Notes under the pieces: model-generated
Told to the model about the DNA's origin: nothing
Database searches by the model: none
The model's input: only the letters and a program-made list of their open reading frames with translations
Translations under genes and position numbers: made by a program
Source: an uncultured Opitutales bacterium
GTDB taxonomy: Bacteria; Verrucomicrobiota; Verrucomicrobiia; Opitutales; Intestinicryptomonadaceae
DNA length: 32,000 bases
Direction of reading: 5' to 3'
Assembly (NCBI GenBank): GCA_934660865.1
Contig: CAKUIA010000006.1
Coordinates: forward strand, 78,418-110,417
In this document: one piece after another, positions 26,135 through 32,000 of the stretch
Numbering within the stretch: the stretch's first letter is position 1
How the letters are laid out: each line of letters opens with the position of its first letter

Positions 26135-26602
26135 ATGGGAACAATATCGGCATTATGGGACAGCGGAGTTTTGGGCGCGATGGCTACAATGGCTGTTACG
26201 ACGCTCGGGCAGCTTTCCGCATTGAACAATCAGAAGTTTACGGCGGTTCTGGAAACTCTGCAAAAACAACAGTCTTCGGATTCGACGGTTCACGATTCGG
26301 CGTTTGCAAGAAGCGGAGACAAGGGCGTTGTCGTCAGGCGTATTATGCTTTTTATGGCATTTTTCGTTCTGGCAGTCTGCCCGTTTATATTCGCATTTTT
26401 CGGGGATATTCCGATAGCCGTAGAAACAGTTCAACAATCGGGAGGTTGGCTCTGGGGACTCATTCCAGAAAAAGAAACATTCGCAGTCGCCTACATAAAC
26501 GGCTTCTACTTGGCGGACGTCTGGAAAGAACTTATGGCAAATTTAATTTCCGCTTACATAGGCGCGGGTATAACGAGAAAGGCGTTTACACTCGGCAAAT
26601 GA
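26135..26602 (+). CDS. membrane protein, possible holin (155 aa)
   Basis: GGAGGAG Shine-Dalgarno and ATG at 26135. Hydrophobic spans VLGAMATMAVTTLGQLSAL and IMLFMAFFVLAVCPFIFAFFG. Located at the end of the late region. Confidence 0.5.
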   Translation: MGTISALWDSGVLGAMATMAVTTLGQLSALNNQKFTAVLETLQKQQSSDSTVHDSAFARSGDKGVVVRRIMLFMAFFVLAVCPFIFAFFGDIPIAVETVQQSGGWLWGLIPEKETFAVAYINGFYLADVWKELMANLISAYIGAGITRKAFTLGK

Positions 26603-26805
26603 ACGAAGTCTTTGAAAAGGAAATCGAGCACATTACAAAACACTTGGAAACCCTCGAACACACAGTCTACGGCAACGGACATAAGGGACTGAAAGCGGAA
26701 CTAATCGAACTCAAAACCGAAATCGAAACCTTCAAAAAAATCGCCGTCTGGCAAATCGGCATCCTCATCGCCATCCTCTGCGCCGTTCTGAAGATTCTGA
26801 TTTAA
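26599..26805 (+). CDS. small C-terminally anchored membrane protein (68 aa)
   Basis: ATGA coupling. Coiled-coil-like N-terminus and C-terminal IAVWQIGILIAILCAVLKILI. Confidence 0.5.
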   Translation: MNEVFEKEIEHITKHLETLEHTVYGNGHKGLKAELIELKTEIETFKKIAVWQIGILIAILCAVLKILI

Positions 26806-26808
26806 CAC

Positions 26809-26833
26809 AAAGCCCCGATACGGGGCTTTTTTT
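26809..26833. terminator. bidirectional Rho-independent terminator
   Basis: AAAGCCCCG-ATA-CGGGGCTTT followed by TTTTT on the + strand, with an A-rich left flank. Lies between convergent genes. Confidence 0.8.
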
Positions 26834-26837
26834 GTTG

Positions 26838-27428
26838 TCAGACAAGATGTTTTCGTTTTATGAAATTATATAGAGTAGAACGACTAACGCCAAATTTTTC
26901 TCGAATAGAACGTTTGGATTTCCCATCGCGAATCAATGTTTGGATTTCTTCCTCTCTTCCTTTTAGTTTTAAGAAAAAATCCTTAGGTTTCCCAAGTCTA
27001 TGACCTTCGGCTTTTTTTCTTGCCAATGCTTCTTTCGTTCTTGCCGAAATCAATTTTCTTTCTATTTCAGCAGACAACCCAAATGCAAATGCGAGGACCT
27101 TTGAGTTTAAATTATCTCCAAGTTCATAATTTTCCTTTATGGCTATAATCTTTAAGCCATTTTCCATAGAATAATGGAGTATACTCATTATGTTAAGTAG
27201 ATCTCGCCCTAATCTCGAAATTTCGGATACAATCAGTGTGTCGTGATTTTTCATTCGTTTAAGAAGTTTTCCGAGCTTTCTATCCGCAGCTTTTTTTGCG
27301 CCACTTACAGTTTCCTCAACCCATTTTTCAACAGAAATAGAGTGCCTCGAGCAATATTCCTCTATTTCAAATTGCTGATTTTTAATTGTCTGTTTGTCTG
27401 TGCTTATTCTGATATATGCGTAATTCAT
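26838..27428 (-). CDS. small serine recombinase (resolvase/invertase family, 196 aa)
   Basis: N-terminal YAYIRISTDKQ (catalytic Ser context), VSEISRLGRD, and a C-terminal helix-turn-helix (RSIREKFGVSRSTLYNFIKR). Size is typical of Hin/Gin/Tn3-resolvase-type enzymes. Confidence 0.85.
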   Translation of the reverse strand: MNYAYIRISTDKQTIKNQQFEIEEYCSRHSISVEKWVEETVSGAKKAADRKLGKLLKRMKNHDTLIVSEISRLGRDLLNIMSILHYSMENGLKIIAIKENYELGDNLNSKVLAFAFGLSAEIERKLISARTKEALARKKAEGHRLGKPKDFFLKLKGREEEIQTLIRDGKSKRSIREKFGVSRSTLYNFIKRKHLV

Positions 27429-27496
27429 AATTAAATTTAATCAAATTTTGCCCAACTAAGGCTTGACCTTTATTCGTTTCGGAGGTATCAATAAAG

Positions 27497-27506
27497 GGTC
27501 GTTAAT
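27497..27506. repeat. left inverted repeat GGTCGTTAAT
   Basis: Perfect reverse complement of 27630-27639, and 13/15 when extended leftwards. Lies in a 26-bp dyad TAAAGG-N14-CCTTTA (27492-27517). Confidence 0.75.
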
Positions 27507-27629
27507 CGGTTCCTTTAAATTAGCCATGATTGTCAAAAATAGAATTTTTATTTTTAGCGCATATTGCCGTTAACTTCCAGCATAACAGCCAATTAAAACT
27601 ATTCGTAATTTTGGCGTGAGTATGTCTTA
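27507..27629. promoter_or_regulatory. candidate invertible segment (123 bp) carrying an ATG and a TTTTTGACA box on the minus strand
   Basis: Bounded by the 10-bp inverted repeats. Minus strand reads ...ctatttttgacaatcATGgctaatttaaaggaaccg up to the left repeat. Confidence 0.6.
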
Positions 27630-27639
27630 ATTAACGACC
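27630..27639. repeat. right inverted repeat ATTAACGACC
   Basis: Reverse complement of 27497-27506. Lies inside the methyltransferase reading frame (codons I-N-D). Confidence 0.75.
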
Positions 27640-28745
27640 GTTCAGCAGAACATCCCCCAAAACGGAATAACCCAAAGGTAGTCTCTCTGTTTTCTGGTTG
27701 TGGCGGACTCGATTTAGGATTTCACCTCGAAGGATATAATACGATTTGGGCAAATGACTTTAATCATTTTGCCTGCGAAACATTTCGAAAAAATTTTGGC
27801 GATGTTATCGTTGAAGGAGATATTGAAAATATTGATCCCAAAAAAGATGTTCCTGATTGCGATATTATTTTAGGCGGATTCCCTTGTCAGGATTTTTCAT
27901 TATTGTGGAAGCAACCTGGACTGAATGGTGAACGTGGAAATTTGTATAAAAGTTTTCTTCGATTCATTGATGCAAAAAAACCAAAAGCGTTCGTAGCAGA
28001 AAATGTGAAAGGATTATTAACTGCGAACAAAGGTAAAGCGATTCGACAAATTTTACATGATTTTGAATCGATTGAGCCTGGATATGTTGTAATTCCAAAG
28101 CTTTATAATTTTGCGGAATACGGAGTCCCCCAATTTCGGGAAAGGGTTTTGTTTGTTGGAATTCGAGTGGATTTGGGCTTTAAATTTTCCCACCCAATGC
28201 CCTCAAACGGGCCGTGTACAAGTAATCCCTATGTTTCGGTAGGGAAAGCATTAAAAGATGTTGAGAAAGTTAAATACAACAATGAACATATGAATATAAC
28301 AGAAAAAACTCGTTCTTTGTTGGCTCTTATCCCTGAAGGAGGTAATTTTACAGATGTTCCCAAAGATAGCCCTTTATATGTCAAGGGTATGATAAGTCAT
28401 GTGTATAGGCGTATAAAAAGAGATGAACCTTCAAAAACAATAATTGCAGCAGGTGGCGGTGGAACATGGGGCTATCATTATCCAGAGCCAAGACCGTTAA
28501 CGAATAGAGAAAGAGCAAGAATTCAATCTTTTCCAGATAATTTTATTTTTGAAGGCAGTGTTGCTGAAGTAAGACGCCAAATAGGGAATGCGGTTCCTCC
28601 CCAAGGCGTTAGAGCTTTAGCGAGAACTTTAATGCCTTTGTTCTTAGGCGACTACAAGAAAGTCGATTTATACGAAATCCGAAACTCAATCGTGAATACG
28701 AACATTGATGACAGGATAAAAAATATAACGGCACGAGGTAAATGA
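27630..28745 (+). CDS. DNA (cytosine-5)-methyltransferase; no canonical start codon in the sequenced orientation
   Basis: Motif I SLFSGCGGLDLG (27684-), motif IV GGFPCQDFS (27873-27899), ENV (FVAENVKG), QFRER and GNAVPP are all in one frame, which is open from 27609. There is no ATG, GTG or TTG in that frame before TTG 27903, which lies after motif IV. Confidence 0.85.
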   Translation: MNDRSAEHPPKRNNPKVVSLFSGCGGLDLGFHLEGYNTIWANDFNHFACETFRKNFGDVIVEGDIENIDPKKDVPDCDIILGGFPCQDFSLLWKQPGLNGERGNLYKSFLRFIDAKKPKAFVAENVKGLLTANKGKAIRQILHDFESIEPGYVVIPKLYNFAEYGVPQFRERVLFVGIRVDLGFKFSHPMPSNGPCTSNPYVSVGKALKDVEKVKYNNEHMNITEKTRSLLALIPEGGNFTDVPKDSPLYVKGMISHVYRRIKRDEPSKTIIAAGGGGTWGYHYPEPRPLTNRERARIQSFPDNFIFEGSVAEVRRQIGNAVPPQGVRALARTLMPLFLGDYKKVDLYEIRNSIVNTNIDDRIKNITARGK

Positions 28746-29788
28746 TGGAGCTTTTAGTTTCTTCTGAATTGTCTGATTTTAGCGCAAAAACATCTTCGCA
28801 GCGATTGTATTGCAAAAAATGCTTGGAAGATTGTGTTCAATTTAATGTCGCGACAGGATATATTTCAAGTGAATCAATTCTTTCATTAAAAAGCATTATA
28901 GAACGAAATCCTACTCCAAATGTAAACATCTTCATAGGAATGCATTATCTGGAGTCATTTACGGAAACACAATATAAGTCTGTTTCTCGTTTAAATGAAA
29001 CATTAACAAATATGAATCGTGGAATGGTCTATTTGTCGCCACGTTTAAAATTTCACGGGAAAATGTATTCGTTCGAAAGGGACAACCAATGCTTTTCTGC
29101 AAGTGTAGGGTCTTCGAATTTTGGCAGCTTTCTTTGTGGCTCAAACGATGTATGCGAAATTGATTCTGTTTATTCAGGAGAAGCTGCAACTCTAATCGAC
29201 AACAAAATAAAAGCTCTAATAAAGGCTCTCGGGGTTCCATTTTCTGAACTATCACAACCACAATTCACACCAGAACTTCCTCTTTTAGATGGTCATTTTG
29301 GAGTAAAGAAATTGCCAGACGGGACTTTCAATTCCTATTCGATGAAGACTACAGGTCGCAGGTTTCCTATTCCGCTAAAAACAGAAGCAAAAAGTAATTT
29401 AAATGCATATTTTGGGAAGGGACGAGAAAATAAAAAACGTGGATTTATTATACCTCGTCCATGGTATGAAGTAGAACTTATAGTTCCCAAAAGTATCACA
29501 TCATTGGACGGTTATCCGCGGAATGATAGTTTCAATGTTATAACAAAAGAAAACTATTCTTTTGAATGTGAAACAAATGGCGATTATGCAAAAAATTTCA
29601 GATCTTCAAAAGATTTAAAAATTCTCGGGAAATATATAAAAGGGAATATGGAATCAAGTCGTGCGTTGGAAATAGGAAATCCCGTCGACGATAAGGTTCT
29701 TTCCGATTTTGGCTACAACTCAATAGTGCTAAGCGAAACGACTGCCCCGAAAACATGGCTATTAGATTTTGGAAACAATGAGCAATAA
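28742..29788 (+). CDS. PLD-superfamily restriction endonuclease (NgoFVII-like)
   Basis: KFHGKMYSF...SASVGSSNF resembles the HxK...GSxN motif of PLD-type nucleases. ATGA overlap with the methyltransferase stop. Confidence 0.65.
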   Translation: MMELLVSSELSDFSAKTSSQRLYCKKCLEDCVQFNVATGYISSESILSLKSIIERNPTPNVNIFIGMHYLESFTETQYKSVSRLNETLTNMNRGMVYLSPRLKFHGKMYSFERDNQCFSASVGSSNFGSFLCGSNDVCEIDSVYSGEAATLIDNKIKALIKALGVPFSELSQPQFTPELPLLDGHFGVKKLPDGTFNSYSMKTTGRRFPIPLKTEAKSNLNAYFGKGRENKKRGFIIPRPWYEVELIVPKSITSLDGYPRNDSFNVITKENYSFECETNGDYAKNFRSSKDLKILGKYIKGNMESSRALEIGNPVDDKVLSDFGYNSIVLSETTAPKTWLLDFGNNEQ

Positions 29789-31664
29789 ATATTTCGATTC
29801 CTATTTATCAACGCTGAATTCTGAAGAATTAAAAAGTTCTATAAAAGAGACCTCGGCGGAATTTTTAGACAAAATTTCAACATATGATGGTTCTTCGCAT
29901 TTAGGCGGATTGCTGCTTGGGAATGTCCAATCAGGGAAAACAGGTCAAATGTTAGGTATAATTTCAGCAATGGCCGACAATGGATACAAGTTGTTTTTGC
30001 TCTTAACCACAGATAATATTTACTTACAAGAACAAACCGAAAAAAGAGCACGAAATTCTTTGGTTAATTTTTGTGTAATTGGAGAGCGAAATAACATAGA
30101 TTTTTATAAGTGTGCATTAAAAAAACCTACCATAATAATTTTGAAAAAGAACTCTCGAATCTTAAAAAATTGGAGAAATAACATAGCAAGTACAAATTAT
30201 GCTAAAGAGAATCCTGTTGTTGTATTCGATGACGAAGCAGATGCAGCAAGCCTTAACACCAGAATTAACTCACATTCTACAAGTTCCATAAATTCCAACT
30301 TAAAATCAATATTATCATTGGCAAAAGGTAGTATTTATATTCAAGTTACCGCAACTCCGCAGGCCATTCTTTTGCAAACAAAAGAATCTGGCTGGAAACC
30401 GTCTTTTGTCGTATACTTCAAACCTGGAGAAAAATATTTGGGCGGAGATTTCTTTTATTCTACGCCACCGCCATATTGCATAAGGTTTACAGACGAAGAA
30501 GAACTTGATGAAATTAGAGGAGAAGATAGTTATATCACCATTGGGCTTCGTAAATCTTTATATGCTTATTTAATTACAACCGCCCATTTTTATTTAAAGG
30601 GGATTGATACTTGCAATTTTGTTATTCATCCGAGCGTTAGAATTAAAGATCATGATACATTTGCTAAGAAAATTGGCGAACATCTTAATCTTTTATTAGC
30701 CAGTATAGACGATGAAAATGTATTAAAAGAATTGTCTGATGCGTGGTCGGATTTACAAAAAACGAAACCCGACATTGAAAATTTTGAAGATATTTTTTCT
30801 GCAATTAAAACGCTATTGTCAGACCAGTTAATTATACCGATTGTTTTGAATTCAACCACTCCTATAGATGTAAATTACGGGACTGGGTATAATATCGTAA
30901 TAGGTGGAAATACCTTGGGTAGAGGAATCACACTCCCGAGATTACAAACAATTTACTATTGTAGAAAGTCGAAAACACCGCAGGCAGACACATATTGGCA
31001 GCATTCAAGAATTTTTGGATATGACAGGGATCCTGGATTGGTTAGGATTTTTATTCCCCAAACATTATATCAGTTGTTTTCAGAGCTAAATAGTTCAAAC
31101 AGGAATATAATAAACCAAATACACGATAAAGGCATTGAAGGAATTCAAGTTCTATTACCTCCAGGAATAAATCCCACAAGAAAAAATGTTATAGATAAAA
31201 GCGCACTCAGCATTATAGCTGGTGGCGTTAATTATTTCCCTTTGTGTCCAAATGAGAAAGAAAATGTTGAGTTAGATTCTGCGTTAAACGAATATTCAGA
31301 AGAAGAACTGTCGTATCAGGTGGAAATAGAGGAAGTAATTTCTATATTAGAAAAATTCAATGAAACAAACGACAATTTTATGTCGCGTTTTATAAATTGT
31401 ATAAGGGCATTGCGTGATAAACGCCCAATTGTGAAATGTAGACTTATAGTTCGAAGGGAACGCGATATTGGAAAAGGAACAGGGACACTATTATCTCAAA
31501 CTGATAGAGAACTCGGAGATTCCTTCTCGGAAGACATAACGTTGACTTTATACAAGATAGTTGGTTCCATAGAAAAAGGGTGGCAAGGAAAGCCATTTTG
31601 GATTCCCAATATAAAACTTCCAAGCGATATTTGTTATTACGACTCGTCTGGTTATTTTATTTAA
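29778..31664 (+). CDS. Z1-domain P-loop protein
   Basis: GNVQSGKTGQMLGIISAMADNGYKLFLLLTTDNIYLQEQT (Walker A context), VVFDDEADAAS (Walker B), IQVTATPQA and GGNTLGRGITL match the Z1 family as I recall it. Overlaps the nuclease gene by 11 nt. Confidence 0.75.
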   Translation: MSNKYFDSYLSTLNSEELKSSIKETSAEFLDKISTYDGSSHLGGLLLGNVQSGKTGQMLGIISAMADNGYKLFLLLTTDNIYLQEQTEKRARNSLVNFCVIGERNNIDFYKCALKKPTIIILKKNSRILKNWRNNIASTNYAKENPVVVFDDEADAASLNTRINSHSTSSINSNLKSILSLAKGSIYIQVTATPQAILLQTKESGWKPSFVVYFKPGEKYLGGDFFYSTPPPYCIRFTDEEELDEIRGEDSYITIGLRKSLYAYLITTAHFYLKGIDTCNFVIHPSVRIKDHDTFAKKIGEHLNLLLASIDDENVLKELSDAWSDLQKTKPDIENFEDIFSAIKTLLSDQLIIPIVLNSTTPIDVNYGTGYNIVIGGNTLGRGITLPRLQTIYYCRKSKTPQADTYWQHSRIFGYDRDPGLVRIFIPQTLYQLFSELNSSNRNIINQIHDKGIEGIQVLLPPGINPTRKNVIDKSALSIIAGGVNYFPLCPNEKENVELDSALNEYSEEELSYQVEIEEVISILEKFNETNDNFMSRFINCIRALRDKRPIVKCRLIVRRERDIGKGTGTLLSQTDRELGDSFSEDITLTLYKIVGSIEKGWQGKPFWIPNIKLPSDICYYDSSGYFI

Positions 31665-31801
31665 AGAATATACCTTACGCTCTTACAATAAATCCAGCAA
31701 CTAAAATGCAACTCTGCGATAATTCCATTGGCAATTTATGCTGATTTGCAAATAGTTGCGATTGTGTCAGCTTCCCTCCCTCTCCGCCAGTTTTTAAGCG
31801 T

Positions 31802-31839
31802 AAAAGGCAGATTTGCATTAAGTTGCAAATCTGCCTTTT
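31802..31839. terminator. perfect 16-bp-stem hairpin, probable bidirectional terminator
   Basis: AAAAGGCAGATTTGCA-TTAAGT-TGCAAATCTGCCTTTT. The T-run forms part of the 3' arm and the A-run part of the 5' arm. Confidence 0.65.
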
Positions 31840-32000
31840 CTTATGGCACAACACCCCTGTTTGTAAATGCTTCATCATCAGGGTTCAACTGGTGCGTTTC
31901 ACGCTCAGATGTGCGACCAAACAAGGGTCAACCCCAAAGGTTGTGGAATAAGGTTTTTTTTGTAATTTGTTTTTCATAGTTTTATTCCGCATTCTACGAG

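Noticed and set aside
27467-27497. Inverted repeat CCTTTATT-N15-AATAAAGG as a transcription terminator for the short minus-strand ORF
   Set aside because: No U-run follows it on either strand. It fits better as additional recombinase half-sites (CCTTTA/TAAAGG) next to the crossover site, though this is unproven.
27903-28745. ORF-track start (TTG 27903) for the methyltransferase
   Set aside because: Motif I (SLFSGCGG) and motif IV (GGFPCQDFS) are encoded in the same frame upstream of this codon. A protein starting at 27903 would lack the SAM-binding and catalytic Cys motifs.
31861-31960. GGTTCAA (31882-31888) as a tRNA T-loop, possibly an att-site tRNA at the island end
   Set aside because: No flanking 5-bp T-stem, acceptor stem or anticodon arm could be folded on either strand.
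31675-31979. Track ORFs 31675..31878 (-) and 31728..31979 (+)
   Set aside because: They overlap each other and span the strong hairpin and repeat elements. Their composition looks non-coding, with no Shine-Dalgarno or motif support.

Overview
The window reads as most of a tailed-phage or prophage genome on the + strand, followed by a restriction-modification island. From left to right: an early or DNA-modification block (two HAD-like paralogs, two ParB-like proteins with one fused to a SAM methyltransferase, a DUF3990-like protein, a CmoA-like methyltransferase). Then a lambda-type head module (GpA-family large terminase, gpW-like, lambda-family portal, S49 protease, scaffold, capsid). Then neck, tail and fibre genes (tape measure, collagen-like fibre, a 737-aa fibre) and small membrane proteins that may be a lysis cassette. 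The roughly 50% GC backbone is interrupted by visibly AT-rich insertions: a SIR2-like gene, a Phd/PIN operon with a third gene, a wHTH-DUF488 two-gene cassette, and a membrane protein. After a bidirectional terminator come a small serine recombinase and an m5C-methyltransferase / PLD-type nuclease / Z1 operon. The two main observations are these. (1) A 123-bp segment bounded by perfect 10-bp inverted repeats next to the recombinase carries, on the opposite strand, the in-frame ATG that the methyltransferase lacks, which suggests an inversion switch. (2) A motif ATTTTGACA-N14/15-ATG recurs nine times at the starts of transcription units that lack a Shine-Dalgarno sequence. All family calls come from motif recognition by eye. 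No database search was run, and the host and prophage ends are not determinable from this window.
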